Assembly (NCBI RefSeq): GCF_030931715.1
Contig: NZ_CP133261.1
Location: forward strand, 1,960,643-2,024,642
Length of the DNA: 64,000 nucleotides
Source: Tissierella sp. MB52-C2
GTDB taxonomy: Bacteria; Bacillota; Clostridia; Tissierellales; Tissierellaceae
Direction of reading: 5' to 3'
Both the position numbers and the translations under genes were made by a program. The notes under the pieces were generated by a model, which was not told where the DNA came from, did no database searches, and was given only the letters and a program-made list of their open reading frames with translations. Within the stretch, counting starts at the first letter, position 1, and every line of letters starts with the position of its first letter. Below, one piece after another: positions 1 through 10,532 of this stretch.

Positions 1-2162
1 ACATTAGAAATTTCATTGATTTCCTCTTCCATTTGGTTTAGATAATCGTATACGCCTTCACCTGTTATGGCCTCTATTCTTCTTACTCCAGATGCAATGC
101 TTGATTCTGAAACTATTTTAAACATACCTATATTTGCAGTGTTAAATACATGGGTTCCACCACATAGTTCCTTTGAATAATCTCCCATTTTTAATACTCT
201 TACTTCGTCTTTATATTTATCTTCAAATAATCCCACAACTCCCATTTCTTGAGCTCTAGTCAGAGAAGTTTCTATAGTAACTACTTCTAGGCTATCTAAA
301 ATTTTAGAGTTAACTATTTTTTCTATTTTCATTAATTCATCCTGTGTCACTCCTTCAAAATGAGTGAAGTCAAATCTTAGTCTATTTGGCATTACAACAG
401 AACCTGCTTGATTAACGTGTTCACCTAGAACATCTTTTAATGCCCTATGAAGAAGATGAGTTGCAGAGTGATTTCTTCTAATAGAGTTTCTTCTATTATC
501 ATCTACATTAGCTATTACCTTATCCCCTACTTTTATTTCTCCTTCTAATACCTTCACTATATGAATTAAGTGGTCGCCTTTAGAATGTTTAGTGTCTAAT
601 ACCATAGCCTTGAAATTAGGGTTTTCTATGGTTCCTGTATCTCCTACTTGACCACCAGATTCTCCATAAAAAGGTGATTCATTTAATATAATTATTCCCT
701 CTTCACCAGAAGTTAAACTTTCTATTTTTTCATTATTAGAAAATAATCCAGTAATTTCTGACACAATATTAGTCTTTTCATAGCCTTTAAATATGGTTTT
801 TAGGTCTCCAAATATATCTTCTTCACTACTACTTGACCAGCCACTATCTCCTTCTTCCCTAGCACGTCTTGCTCTACTTCTTTGTTCTTCCATATTTTTA
901 TTAAATTCTTCTTCATCTACTTCTAATGATTTTTCTTCAAGAATTTCATTTGTTAGATCCAATGGGAATCCATAGGTATCATATAGTCTAAATGCCTTTT
1001 CTCCACTTAAAACCGTTTCACCTTTAGACTTCATTTCTTCGATATATTGTTCTAATATGGATAATCCTTGATGAATTGTTTCTTGGAATTTATCTTCTTC
1101 CGCTTTAATTATTTTCTTAATTTGATCTTCTCTTATTTTTAAATCTGGATATTCTACTTTCCATGAGTTAATTAAAACCTCTACCATAGAACTCAAGAAA
1201 GCTTTTTCTATACCTAAAAGTTTGCCATGTCTTGCCGCTCTACGAATAAGTCTTCTAAGTACATATCCCCTTCCTTCATTACTAGGCAATACTCCATCAG
1301 ATACTAAAAAAGTCATAGCTCTTGTATGATCTGTAATTACTCTTATGGATTCATCTTTTTTAGAATCCTTTCCATAGGTAATTCCTGCTATTTCCTCTGC
1401 CTTTCTTAAAATTTCTCTAATAGCTTCAATATCAAATATAGTCTCTGCGCCTTCCATTACACAAGTAATTCTCTCAAGTCCCATACCTGTATCTATATTT
1501 GGATTAGGTAGTGGATGATATACTCCTTTTTCATCCTTATCAAATTGAGTAAATACTAAATTCCAAACTTCAATAAATCTATCACATTCACATCCAGGCT
1601 TACAATCTGGGCATCCACAGCCATGTTTTTCTCCTCTATCTACATATATTTCCGAACAAGGTCCTGATGGTCCTACTTCCAGCTCCCAAAAATTATCTTC
1701 TTTTCCCAGTCTAACTATTCTTTCAGCAGGAACTCCCACTTCTTTATTCCATATTTCAAACGCCTCATCATCTTCTTCATATATTGTTACCCATAGATTT
1801 TCCTTTGGTATTTCCATTCTCTTATTTAAAAATTCCCAAGCCCATGCAGTTGCCTCTTTTTTAAAGTAGTCTCCGAAAGAAAAATTACCTAACATTTCAA
1901 AGAAAGTTGCATGTCTATCAGTTTTACCTACATTATCTATATCTCCTGTTCTAATACACTTCTGACAATTAACCATTCTCTTACTAGGTGGAGTTTGCTC
2001 CCCTGTAAAGTATTTTTTAAGTGGTGCCATACCTGCGCCGATTAATAGTAAAGATTTATCATTTTTAGGTACAAGGGAAAAACTAGGTGCAACTAAGTGT
2101 TCTTTTTCCCCAAAGAAATCTAAAAATTCTTTTCTTATTTCATGTAGTCCAATTTTTTTCAT
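1..2162 (-). CDS. alaS: Alanyl-tRNA synthetase, N-terminal ~720 aa; the 3' end runs off the window.
   Basis: Translating the reverse complement from the ATG (plus-strand 'cat' at 2160-2162) gives [28 protein letters not shown]...[13 protein letters not shown]...KFDFTHF, unmistakably AlaS. A GAGGTG RBS sits 6 nt upstream. The frame stays open to position 1. It is absent from the ORF track because it has no in-window stop. Confidence 0.93.
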   Translation of the reverse strand, partial: MKKIGLHEIRKEFLDFFGEKEHLVAPSFSLVPKNDKSLLLIGAGMAPLKKYFTGEQTPPSKRMVNCQKCIRTGDIDNVGKTDRHATFFEMLGNFSFGDYFKKEATAWAWEFLNKRMEIPKENLWVTIYEEDDEAFEIWNKEVGVPAERIVRLGKEDNFWELEVGPSGPCSEIYVDRGEKHGCGCPDCKPGCECDRFIEVWNLVFTQFDKDEKGVYHPLPNPNIDTGMGLERITCVMEGAETIFDIEAIREILRKAEEIAGITYGKDSKKDESIRVITDHTRAMTFLVSDGVLPSNEGRGYVLRRLIRRAARHGKLLGIEKAFLSSMVEVLINSWKVEYPDLKIREDQIKKIIKAEEDKFQETIHQGLSILEQYIEEMKSKGETVLSGEKAFRLYDTYGFPLDLTNEILEEKSLEVDEEEFNKNMEEQRSRARRAREEGDSGWSSSSEEDIFGDLKTIFKGYEKTNIVSEITGLFSNNEKIESLTSGEEGIIILNESPFYGESGGQVGDTGTIENPNFKAMVLDTKHSKGDHLIHIVKVLEGEIKVGDKVIANVDDNRRNSIRRNHSATHLLHRALKDVLGEHVNQAGSVVMPNRLRFDFTHFEGVTQDELMKIEKIVNSKILDSLEVVTIETSLTRAQEMGVVGLFEDKYKDEVRVLKMGDYSKELCGGTHVFNTANIGMFKIVSESSIASGVRRIEAITGEGVYDYLNQMEEEINEISN

Positions 2163-2194
2163 TATATACACCTCGCTATGATTTTTTTCTTATG

Positions 2195-2226
2195 TATTGC
2201 AAAAAATCGTCCCTATAGAGGGACGA
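2195..2226 (-). terminator. Rho-independent terminator downstream of the AI-2E transporter gene.
   Basis: Perfect hairpin tcgtccct-ata-gagggacga at 2207-2226. On the minus strand it is followed by a TTTTTT run (plus-strand AAAAAA at 2201-2206). Confidence 0.7.
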
Positions 2227-2288
2227 AATTCTCTCTTTGCTATATTTGGATTATAATTTAATATCTCCTCTTTGTCAATAAATACTAT

Positions 2289-3488
2289 CTATTTCTGAAC
2301 TCTTGGAGACCTTTTAAACCTTTCTCTAGTAAACCTAATTAGGATTAATAATACGGCAACAACTGGAACAGCTAAAACCATTCCAAGCACTCCAAATACT
2401 CCTCCACCAATTATTATTGAAACAAGTATTATCAAAGGATGTATCCCTGTAGACTCTCCTATTATCTTCGGTGCTAATATATTGTTTTCTGCCCATTGAA
2501 TAAATAGGAAAAATACTCCTACCCATATTGCTTTTATGGGGCTCTCTAAGTAAGCAAAGAATACAGCTGGTGCAAATCCTAGGAATGGACCTATGTAAGG
2601 AATTACATCGGCAATACCTGTAATAAATCCAATAACTATGGCAAAGTCTATTCCCATCAAGGATAAAACTATAGATGTGGTAACTCCCACATACATTGCC
2701 ATGATTATTTTACCTCTAACAAATTTAGATAAGGAGTAATCTATTTCAAGAAATATTTTTCTACATTCTTTTCTATATTTTTTTGGAATAAGAAGCATCA
2801 GTTTTTCTTTAAAATAGTCTTTATCTACTAAGAAATAAAATGTAAGTATTGGAGTCAATATTAAACTAACGAGTTTTGAAAAAGTATTTAATATACCACC
2901 AATAAAGTTTTTAATCGTATCTGTAGCCATATGTTCTAATCCAACAATATTTTCCATGACCACTTGTTGAATTCCTTGGAATAAAGGAGGTAAATCTCCT
3001 AAAGTGGAATAATATTTGTTATATACTTCATCCATTAAAGCTGAAGCTTTTTCTAGATATATTGGCATATTTGTCATCAGCTTTTTAAGCTCACTACCTG
3101 ACCTTGGTATTACTAAAAATGCCACAATTAAAAACATACATATTATTCCTATATATAATATTAGAACACCTAAACCTCTACTTATTTTTTTCTTTTCTAA
3201 GTAATTAATTATTGGATTAAAAAGATATGCTAAAATTGCAGAAAAAATTATAGTGTAAAAAGTATCTGATAATATTGCATACTTTTTAATTAAGTTAAAA
3301 AATAAAATCAAAAAAACTATTCCTATTAGTATAGGAAGAAGTTTTTTATCATTTATTTTAATTTGCTTCCTGCCAGGAACAAAATTATTACCTATATTGA
3401 TTAAATAATAGATAATTAGCATAAGTAATATTACAGAAAGGGTCCATACTATCTTAGTTAAAAAAACTGGCTGATAATAATCTATCAT
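2289..3488 (-). CDS. AI-2E family transporter (PerM/UPF0118-type membrane protein).
   Basis: Polytopic membrane protein of about 400 aa with the typical AI-2E hydrophobic profile. The likely true start is the Met at 3488 (MIDYYQ), which has a GGGGTG RBS. The track ORF extends to 3521. Confidence 0.75.
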   Translation of the reverse strand: MIDYYQPVFLTKIVWTLSVILLMLIIYYLINIGNNFVPGRKQIKINDKKLLPILIGIVFLILFFNLIKKYAILSDTFYTIIFSAILAYLFNPIINYLEKKKISRGLGVLILYIGIICMFLIVAFLVIPRSGSELKKLMTNMPIYLEKASALMDEVYNKYYSTLGDLPPLFQGIQQVVMENIVGLEHMATDTIKNFIGGILNTFSKLVSLILTPILTFYFLVDKDYFKEKLMLLIPKKYRKECRKIFLEIDYSLSKFVRGKIIMAMYVGVTTSIVLSLMGIDFAIVIGFITGIADVIPYIGPFLGFAPAVFFAYLESPIKAIWVGVFFLFIQWAENNILAPKIIGESTGIHPLIILVSIIIGGGVFGVLGMVLAVPVVAVLLILIRFTRERFKRSPRVQK

Positions 3489-3500
3489 AATGCACACCCC

Positions 3501-3530
3501 TTTACTAAAGATAGGCAGCAATTGCTGCCT
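3501..3530. promoter_or_regulatory. Perfect palindrome gataggcagcaattgctgcctatc, an operator or hairpin.
   Basis: A 12-bp perfect inverted repeat seen in the sequence. It sits between the small ORF 3529-3705 and the AI-2E gene start. Confidence 0.4.
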
Positions 3531-3705
3531 ATCTCCATAAATTATTCATTCCATCTACTAAGTTAGAACCCATTTTCCTAGCAGATCTCATAACTTTTTT
3601 TCTATTCATCGGTGAAATTCGGTTGCTGACTATTATACCTATAGATGTCCCTATAACCGTTCCCCAAAATGCCCCATTATTATACTTATTTCTATTATTG
3701 AACAT
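3529..3705 (-). CDS. Small hypothetical membrane protein (58 aa from the RBS-supported start; the track ORF is 81 aa to 3774).
   Basis: An AAAGGAG RBS sits 5 nt before the internal ATG (MFNNRNKYNNGAFWGTVIGTSIGIIV...). One predicted TM helix. Confidence 0.45.
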   Translation of the reverse strand: MFNNRNKYNNGAFWGTVIGTSIGIIVSNRISPMNRKKVMRSARKMGSNLVDGMNNLWR

Positions 3706-3791
3706 TATTTCATCTCCTTTATAGTGATTTCTATAGTATATCTTGCCACTAAAAGAAGATAATAATTCTATCAAAATTATCCAATATTATT

Positions 3792-4229
3792 TTATAGCTC
3801 CTCTAAACCATGATCATGGTGATCTTCATCAAAATTTATATCTTCTAATCCATCAATATGAACATTATGTTTTTTTGAATAATCTAGTAAAGCAGCTTTA
3901 ATAGCTTGTTCAGCTAAAACCGAACAATGCATTTTAACCGGTGGCAATCCATCTAAAGCTTCTGCCACTGCTTTATTTGTTAAATTCATAGCTTCCTCTA
4001 TGGTTTTTCCTTTAATTAGCTCTGTAGCCATACTAGATGAAGCTATGGCAGAACCACAACCAAATGTTTTGAATTTAACATCTTCAATTGCTCCGTTCTC
4101 TATTTTAAGATACATTTTCATTATATCTCCACATTTTGCATTACCTACTTCTCCCACTCCATCTGCATCTAAAATTTCTCCTACATTTCGTGGATTTTGA
4201 AAATGCTCCATTACTTTTTCTGAATACAT
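3792..4229 (-). CDS. nifU: Fe-S cluster assembly scaffold protein NifU/IscU.
   Basis: MYSEKVMEHFQNPRNVG...GDIMKMYLKI...FGCGSAIASSS...MHCSVLA is the canonical IscU/NifU sequence with its three Cys ligands. Confidence 0.92.
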   Translation of the reverse strand: MYSEKVMEHFQNPRNVGEILDADGVGEVGNAKCGDIMKMYLKIENGAIEDVKFKTFGCGSAIASSSMATELIKGKTIEEAMNLTNKAVAEALDGLPPVKMHCSVLAEQAIKAALLDYSKKHNVHIDGLEDINFDEDHHDHGLEEL

Positions 4230-5407
4230 TATTGTTCCTCCTTTATCTTCTCATATAGTGGTGACATTTGTCTTAATCTATCTACTATTTTTACAAGTTT
4301 CTCTACCACATAATCAATTTCCTCTTTAGTATTGAAATCTCCTAAGCTTAGTCTAAGAGAACCATGAGCGATTTCGTGAGGAAGCCCAATGGCTAAAAGT
4401 ACATGAGATGGATCTAAAGATCCTGAAGTACAGGCAGAACCACTGGATCCTGCAATTCTTTCCATATCTAAGCTAAGCAGCAAAGACTCGCCTTCAATAA
4501 ATCTAAAACAAATATTTACATTACCTGGCAGTCTCTTAGTTGGATGTCCATTTAATCTTACATAAGGTATATTATCTTCTATTTTTTTGATTAAACTATC
4601 TCTTAATTTAGTCAACCTTTCGTTATGATCTTCTAAGTTTTCATAAGCTAATTCTATAGCTTTACCCATTCCTGCTATAGCAGCTACGTTCTCAGTCCCT
4701 GCCCTTCTATTTCTTTCTTGCCCACCACCAGAAATAAGAGAATCAATTCTTACACCTTGTTTAATATATAATGCTCCTATACCCTTTGGTCCATAAAACT
4801 TGTGAGCTGACATAGACATTAAATCTATATTTAATTCCTTAACATCTATTTCTATATTTCCCATGGCTTGAACAGCATCTGTATGAAAATATATTTTTCT
4901 TTCCTTAGCTATTTCTCCAATTTCTTTAATAGGTTGGATTGTTCCTATTTCATTATTTGCAAACATAATAGATATAAGAATAGTCTCATCCGTTATGGCT
5001 TCCTTTAGTTCATCTAAATTTATTAGCCCATATTCATCTACATCTAAGTAAGTTATCTCAAATCCATTTTTTTGTAAATAATCGCAAGTATGTAATACTG
5101 CATGGTGTTCAATTTTAGTAGTTATTATATGGTTTCCTTTTTGTTTATTTCCATAAGCAATACCTTTTATTGCCCAGTTATCAGCTTCAGAGCCGCCTCC
5201 TGTAAAAAATATTTCTCTTTTATCTGCATTTATTATTTTTGCAATCTTTTCTCTTGATGCTTCTATAGCTCGTTTTGATATAGAGCCTAATGAGTAAACT
5301 GATGATGGATTACCATATTTCTCAGTAAAATATGGCATCATTTCATCTAAGACTTCTTTTTTTACTGGAGTAGTAGCCGCATTATCCATATATATATATT
5401 TATCCAT
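4229..5407 (-). CDS. nifS: Cysteine desulfurase, NifS/IscS type (PLP-dependent).
   Basis: MSAHKFYGPKGIGALYIK PLP-lysine motif. The C-terminal SSGSACTS active-site Cys loop is present. The gene is translationally coupled to nifU. Confidence 0.92.
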   Translation of the reverse strand: MDKYIYMDNAATTPVKKEVLDEMMPYFTEKYGNPSSVYSLGSISKRAIEASREKIAKIINADKREIFFTGGGSEADNWAIKGIAYGNKQKGNHIITTKIEHHAVLHTCDYLQKNGFEITYLDVDEYGLINLDELKEAITDETILISIMFANNEIGTIQPIKEIGEIAKERKIYFHTDAVQAMGNIEIDVKELNIDLMSMSAHKFYGPKGIGALYIKQGVRIDSLISGGGQERNRRAGTENVAAIAGMGKAIELAYENLEDHNERLTKLRDSLIKKIEDNIPYVRLNGHPTKRLPGNVNICFRFIEGESLLLSLDMERIAGSSGSACTSGSLDPSHVLLAIGLPHEIAHGSLRLSLGDFNTKEEIDYVVEKLVKIVDRLRQMSPLYEKIKEEQ

Positions 5408-5419
5408 CTTATTTTCCTC

Positions 5420-5854
5420 CTATACCTGTTCTTTTCTATTTAATTTATTTTCATCATCGACCATATCCTGCAATGTAATAGAATCAATGACCTCGTCTAT
5501 ACTGTCCTTCATTTTCATCCAAACTAGTTTAGTTACACATCTATCTTCTCTAGAACATTCGTGTTCATCGTCCATTACACAATCTGATGGTGCCATATTT
5601 CCCTCTAATGCTCTCAGTATTTGTCCTACAGTAATTTCTTTAGGTTGTCTTGATAGCATATATCCGCCTTGTGCACCTCTAACACTATTTAATAGTCCTT
5701 CTTTTTTAAGAGTCGAGAAAAGTTGTTCTAAATAATTTTCAGATAGTTTTTGTTCATCAGCAATCTGTTTTAAAGATATAGGACCATCTCCATAATATAA
5801 AGATAACTGAAACATTGCCTTTAAGCCATATCTCCCTCTTGTAGAAAGCTTCAT
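5420..5854 (-). CDS. iscR: Rrf2-family transcriptional regulator (IscR-like).
   Basis: Rrf2 wHTH N-terminus MKLSTRGRYGLKAMFQLSL.... A C-terminal Cys cluster (CVMDDEHECSREDRC) fits a [Fe-S] sensor. It is the first gene of the iscR-nifS-nifU operon. Confidence 0.85.
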   Translation of the reverse strand: MKLSTRGRYGLKAMFQLSLYYGDGPISLKQIADEQKLSENYLEQLFSTLKKEGLLNSVRGAQGGYMLSRQPKEITVGQILRALEGNMAPSDCVMDDEHECSREDRCVTKLVWMKMKDSIDEVIDSITLQDMVDDENKLNRKEQV

Positions 5855-5947
5855 CTTTTCACCTCTTTTTCAATCCCAACTAGTTCGCTTGGTATTTATT
5901 ATAAGTATATTATACCCTAGTATTTTTGTCAACATTCATTTATTACA

Positions 5948-5985
5948 AAAAAAAAGAAGAGGTTTAACTCTTCTTTTTTCCCTTA
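5948..5985. terminator. Bidirectional rho-independent terminator.
   Basis: aaaaaaaaa-gaagag-gtttaa-ctcttc-tttttt: the stem is flanked by an A-run and a T-run. Confidence 0.65.
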
Positions 5986-6594
5986 ACATAATCCTCCACT
6001 ATTTAATTGTGGTGGGAAAAATTCTGGAAAATCTGCATAATCAAAAGCTTCACATATATCTGTTGGGCTAAATTCAGTGCACTCAGGTGGTGCTGGACAG
6101 TATCCCAAAGTTGGAATTAATAGTTGGACAGTACCTACTACTTTAATTATAATAAATGTACCTGCTACGAAACTTAGAATTTTTCCTGTTAATACCGGTG
6201 GTGCTAAAACTTCTGATGCCGTTTCTATAACTATTCTAAATTCGAATTCATCTCTTGAGTCTGGAAGATATATTATTATATCTTTTAATATGTCTGGTAA
6301 AAATCCTTCTGCTATTGGATTTCCGTTAGGATCAAATACCTGGAATGGGATTCTTACAGTAAACCTTACTCTCCTAAAATTAGGAGTATCAGTATCTGTA
6401 ACTATTAATGTATTAGGTACTATAAATCCAGGCCTAAATCTTATACTTCCAAAGACTTTATCACATAATTCTACTTCTACCTGTGGAAAGCATTCTCTTT
6501 GTTGACATGATGCAAATACCTTATCCGTAATTATGCAATCAAATTCCAGACATTGAAGAGCCTCAACTGTTTTTTGATTAAGATTTAATTCAGT
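5983..6594 (-). CDS. Cys-rich hypothetical protein, possibly spore-associated.
   Basis: About 203 aa from the RBS-supported GTG start. It has paired Cys at both termini (CLEFDC...C...C / GYCPAPPEC...C...GGLC). There are no TM helices and I do not recognise the family. The spore link is inferred only from the neighbourhood. Confidence 0.45.
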   Translation of the reverse strand, partial: TELNLNQKTVEALQCLEFDCIITDKVFASCQQRECFPQVEVELCDKVFGSIRFRPGFIVPNTLIVTDTDTPNFRRVRFTVRIPFQVFDPNGNPIAEGFLPDILKDIIIYLPDSRDEFEFRIVIETASEVLAPPVLTGKILSFVAGTFIIIKVVGTVQLLIPTLGYCPAPPECTEFSPTDICEAFDYADFPEFFPPQLNSGGLC

Positions 6595-6693
6595 CACGCT
6601 ATTCACTCCTTTTAATTTAATATTTCTATTTTCATTATCATATTATGTATATATAGACCAATGTGCTACTAAATTAATTGCGAGGTGAGAAAA

Positions 6694-8037
6694 ATGTTTG
6701 ATCAAAATATTAGCGTTATATTCAACTCCAGAAAAGACGTTTTTTTATTTAATTTATCAGAAGAAGGAGAAATTATTTATACAATTTATGATTCTTCTTT
6801 AAATAAATTACAATCCAACTTCTTATTTGATAAAAATATATTAAAATACTCTACTCTTATTGACGAAAATGATTTTATACATCTTGTCGCCCTATTGAAT
6901 ACAGGAGAATTAAATTATTATAAATACATAAATGATGAATGGGTAAAAGATAATATAGCTAAATTTGATTTAAAATCAAATTTATATAATCAAATAAAAA
7001 TACTAATAATTAAAGATAATCTTCATATTATATACAATTATTCCAATATAATTAATTCTAATATATGGACAATTCAGCACGTGGTTTTAAATGATAAAAA
7101 CGGAGAAAAACATAATGCCATAAGATATATATCCAAACGAGTCGCTGATCCATTCTTTGTAGATGTAGATAGTTCAGGCAATATTCACGTAGTATATAAG
7201 ACTTATATAAATAATGATTCTCAAATTTATCATGGTTTTTATAATCCATTTACTAGAACTTGGAGTTCAGTATCTAAACACATATCCTCTAGTGACTTCA
7301 ATAATATATTTCCATTTTTATTTATTGATTCTCAAAACAATCTCCATATTCTATGGATAGAAGAATCAATAAATAAATTAAATTTAAAATATTTAAGAAT
7401 GAAAGGCAGTGGGAAAGAAAAATATATATGGAAGGAAATATCTTTACCACATATATCATTATCTAAAAATCAACCAATTATCTTTGAAGAAAACAATAAG
7501 TTAAAACTAATATATTTTTCTAATGATTCCATGATACTTTCATCCTCAAAAGATTATGGAGATAGTTGGGTGAGAGAAGAAATCATGCCTCTACCGCAAA
7601 ATATCTCCATAGCTAAAGTCAACTCAAATATATTACCTTCAGAAAACCAAATAAAATATGGTTATTTAAATATTTTAGATAAACCTATATTTTATTTCTT
7701 AGAACTATATTCTAAATCTTCCATATTAACCTATGATAAAGCCACCTCAGAATCAGAAAGTATCAATGAAGATACTAATATAGAAGTAGATGAAAAAAAG
7801 TCTCATGAATTAGTTGATATAAATCCTATATCCTTCCATGACCTAATGGAAGTAGATAAAAAATTAGAAAAAATAATAGAAAATCAGTATATCTTAACTA
7901 AAATATTGGATAATCAACTTAATATTGAAAATAATCTAAGCAATATTCAAATTAATATTGAAAATAAATTAGACGATATTCAGAAATCTATAGATTCTAA
8001 TAAAAAATCATTTTTTAATAATTTTTTTAATTCTTAA
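6694..8037 (+). CDS. Asn-rich protein with BNR/Asp-box repeat(s) and a C-terminal coiled-coil repeat region.
   Basis: SSKDYGDSW matches the S-x-D-x-G-x-T/S-W Asp-box. The C-terminus has NQLNIENNLSNIQINIENKLDDIQ heptad-like repeats. A GAGGTGAG RBS precedes the ATG at 6694. Confidence 0.5.
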   Translation: MFDQNISVIFNSRKDVFLFNLSEEGEIIYTIYDSSLNKLQSNFLFDKNILKYSTLIDENDFIHLVALLNTGELNYYKYINDEWVKDNIAKFDLKSNLYNQIKILIIKDNLHIIYNYSNIINSNIWTIQHVVLNDKNGEKHNAIRYISKRVADPFFVDVDSSGNIHVVYKTYINNDSQIYHGFYNPFTRTWSSVSKHISSSDFNNIFPFLFIDSQNNLHILWIEESINKLNLKYLRMKGSGKEKYIWKEISLPHISLSKNQPIIFEENNKLKLIYFSNDSMILSSSKDYGDSWVREEIMPLPQNISIAKVNSNILPSENQIKYGYLNILDKPIFYFLELYSKSSILTYDKATSESESINEDTNIEVDEKKSHELVDINPISFHDLMEVDKKLEKIIENQYILTKILDNQLNIENNLSNIQINIENKLDDIQKSIDSNKKSFFNNFFNS

Positions 8038-8305
8038 TGTTTACTTTTGTATATTTATATTTACCTTGTACTTTTTCACAAAAATATATATCGGGAACTT
8101 TCATGTCTAGTTCCTTAGCTTCATTAACTATAATATCCATATATCTTTGATCTTTAAACTTTATTCCATAGTTACATCCAGCCTTTATATTGCAAGGTAA
8201 AGATACTAACTGGAATATTCTATACCCTATGGCTTCAAGTGTAGAATAAAGAAATATGGCTTGATTTTTAGTTTCAAATACAGTTATATAATAATCATTG
8301 ACCAT
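8027..8305 (-). CDS. Small hypothetical protein (DUF3343-like putative S/Se carrier).
   Basis: 92-aa ORF. Size and the LPCNIKAGCNYG Cys pair resemble the DUF3343 family. Weak call. Confidence 0.35.
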   Translation of the reverse strand: MVNDYYITVFETKNQAIFLYSTLEAIGYRIFQLVSLPCNIKAGCNYGIKFKDQRYMDIIVNEAKELDMKVPDIYFCEKVQGKYKYTKVNIKN

Positions 8306-8397
8306 GATACTCCCCCCTATATATTAAAGTATTTACCTTACCCTCCATTGGTTACAGTTTTTATATGAAAAATTTTATTAATGATTGGAGTTAAGTT

Positions 8398-9108
8398 ATG
8401 GATTTAGGCATATCAGTAATCTGTTCTACCAATAAAACAAAAATGCTTGAAAATATAATAAACAATTTTATATCTCAAGATTATAAGGAAAAAGAGTTAA
8501 TCATTGCTCTTAATTATGATATAAAAAACTTAAAAACATTTTCAACCCTACCTGAAAATATTAGTGTATACAATTTAGGCAGCAAAAAGTCTTTAGGAGA
8601 ATGTCTAAACTTTTCCATAGAAAAGTCTAAATACCCTATTATAGCCAAGTTCGATGATGATGACTATTATGGTCCTATGTATTTATCAGACACTATAAAG
8701 TCCTTATATAAAAAAGATATATTTATAGTAGGTAAATCCTGTATATATGTATATTTTAGTCAAGAAAAAATAATTGGAATTAATAATATGGGAAGAGAAA
8801 ATAAGTATGTTAATAGGGTTCATGGATCTACACTAATGTTTAAAAAAGATTTATTTCATAAGATTAAATTTAGAAATATTGATTTAGGAGAAGATAAACA
8901 ATTTTGCAAAGATTCCTTAGAAAATGGTTATAAAATATATTCTACTAATAAATATCATTACGTATATATGAGGAATAACGAGAACAACCATACATGGAAA
9001 ATCTCTAATGATTATATAATGAAACAATGTGTGGATTTAAATAAGGTGGAAAATTTAAAAGAATATCTGGCTATTAGTGTCAATAGGGCTAAAAAAGCAT
9101 ATCTATAA
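8398..9108 (+). CDS. Family 2 glycosyltransferase, small type.
   Basis: GT2 N-terminal signature ISVICSTNK followed by an acidic DxD-like motif AKFDDDDYYG. It is a paralog of the 10533-11330 gene, which carries the same FDDDDYYG motif. Confidence 0.6.
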   Translation: MDLGISVICSTNKTKMLENIINNFISQDYKEKELIIALNYDIKNLKTFSTLPENISVYNLGSKKSLGECLNFSIEKSKYPIIAKFDDDDYYGPMYLSDTIKSLYKKDIFIVGKSCIYVYFSQEKIIGINNMGRENKYVNRVHGSTLMFKKDLFHKIKFRNIDLGEDKQFCKDSLENGYKIYSTNKYHYVYMRNNENNHTWKISNDYIMKQCVDLNKVENLKEYLAISVNRAKKAYL

Positions 9109-9130
9109 TATAAATAGATATGCTTTTTTT
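9091..9130 (+). terminator. Rho-independent terminator directly after the first GT2 gene.
   Basis: Stem agcatatctat-aatataa-atagatatgct followed by ttttttt. The stem overlaps the stop codon. Confidence 0.7.
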
Positions 9131-9209
9131 AGATACTGTTTAAATCTATTTTAAAATCATAAAATTCTTTTTATTAAATATAAAATCTTATTGAATAGGA
9201 GGTAGTATA

Positions 9210-10526
9210 TTGAAATCTTCTTATAAGTTTGAAAAAGAGGTGTTAAAACTTATATTTATTCCTAACAAAACTGAAGGAGTAGATTGTTCTGGAAAAGTCA
9301 AAATGGGAAGATATGAATGTAATATTCATACACCTAAAGATTGGGATATAGAAAAGATACACCCTGATGTACTGGCTTTAATTATCATTTTAATTGCATA
9401 CCCATTCATAGATAAAGAAATTGAGGTTCCCATTGGTGTAAGTCAAGACTTTCATGATTCCTTTAAGAAGGAAACTAAAAAATCCATATATCCAGTGGAT
9501 AAAAATCTAAAACCTAGAATTGCACCTAAAAATGCTGTTCCTGGTTTGGCTTATAGTGGAGGTGTTGATTCTACAGCAGCATTAGCCTTATTGCCTAGTA
9601 ATACAGTTTGTTTTTTTCTAGATCGTATCCTTCCTAAAGAACTTGAAAAAAGCTTAAAATTATATGATAAACAATCTGTATATGACGTCTATTCACAACT
9701 AGAAAAACAAGGCAGGCAAGGATACAAAATAAAAACAGATTTGGAATATGTTAGAGTTCCAAGAGGTTTTCCTGTAGAGACATCTACTACAATACCCGCT
9801 TTATTGCTCTCAGATTATATTGGTATAGACAGTGTAGCTACAGGAACAATTATGGAACACCAGTATATACCATATCATAAAATTTCTTTAGATCGAGATT
9901 ATTTTGTAAAATGGAATAATATCTTCAAAAGTATAGATATTCCCCTTAATCAAGTAACTGCTGGTATCAGTGAAGTTGGTACAATGAAAATTTTATTAAA
10001 TTCACCTTATAGTTCCTTTAATCATTGGTGCATGAGAGGAGATAATTCTAGACCTTGCATGAAATGTGATAAATGTTTTAGAAAAAAAATATTAGAAATG
10101 ATATTATTGAAACAACAAGTCCCTAATTCTATGCTGGACAATTTGTTTTTATCTAATGAAGTTAGAACAATGCTTAAACAGCTTCCTATTCCTTGTGAAA
10201 ATGTAATCGCTTATATTACTTCACATTATAATGGAAACCATACCCTAATGAAATCCCTTAAGAAGCGTACTAGGGCAAATATACTAGATACTTCTTGGAT
10301 GGAAAAATGGTACTCTCCTGCGAAAGATTTAATAGCAGAAAAATATTATAACTCTGTGGAAAAGGAAATTATCAAACATCTTGAAGTCATGAGCAGTGAA
10401 GATGAAGCTAATATGAATAGTTGGGATATTACTAGTATAAATAATTCACTTATTTATCAAAAATATCAACAGGACTTTATATCCGATTTAACTAAATTTA
10501 AGCAAGATACTATCAGAAATAGATAG
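9210..10526 (+). CDS. PP-loop ATP pyrophosphatase superfamily protein, a candidate N-acetyl-sugar amidotransferase.
   Basis: AYSGGVDST (SGGxDS PP-loop) lies about 110 aa from the N-terminus. Downstream is a Cys cluster, CMRGDNSRPCMKCDKC. The TTG start has an AGGAGG RBS. The amidotransferase call is inference from gene context. Confidence 0.5.
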   Translation: MKSSYKFEKEVLKLIFIPNKTEGVDCSGKVKMGRYECNIHTPKDWDIEKIHPDVLALIIILIAYPFIDKEIEVPIGVSQDFHDSFKKETKKSIYPVDKNLKPRIAPKNAVPGLAYSGGVDSTAALALLPSNTVCFFLDRILPKELEKSLKLYDKQSVYDVYSQLEKQGRQGYKIKTDLEYVRVPRGFPVETSTTIPALLLSDYIGIDSVATGTIMEHQYIPYHKISLDRDYFVKWNNIFKSIDIPLNQVTAGISEVGTMKILLNSPYSSFNHWCMRGDNSRPCMKCDKCFRKKILEMILLKQQVPNSMLDNLFLSNEVRTMLKQLPIPCENVIAYITSHYNGNHTLMKSLKKRTRANILDTSWMEKWYSPAKDLIAEKYYNSVEKEIIKHLEVMSSEDEANMNSWDITSINNSLIYQKYQQDFISDLTKFKQDTIRNR

Positions 10527-10532
10527 GAGGGA

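Noticed and set aside
793-975. 60-aa plus-strand ORF.
   Set aside because: Antisense within alaS.
2163-2288. Possible T-box leader upstream of alaS.
   Set aside because: Only about 125 nt are available and they hold a simple terminator hairpin. No T-box sequence is present.
6077-6505. 142-aa plus-strand ORF.
   Set aside because: It lies entirely antisense within the Cys-rich protein gene. It has no RBS and low-complexity composition.
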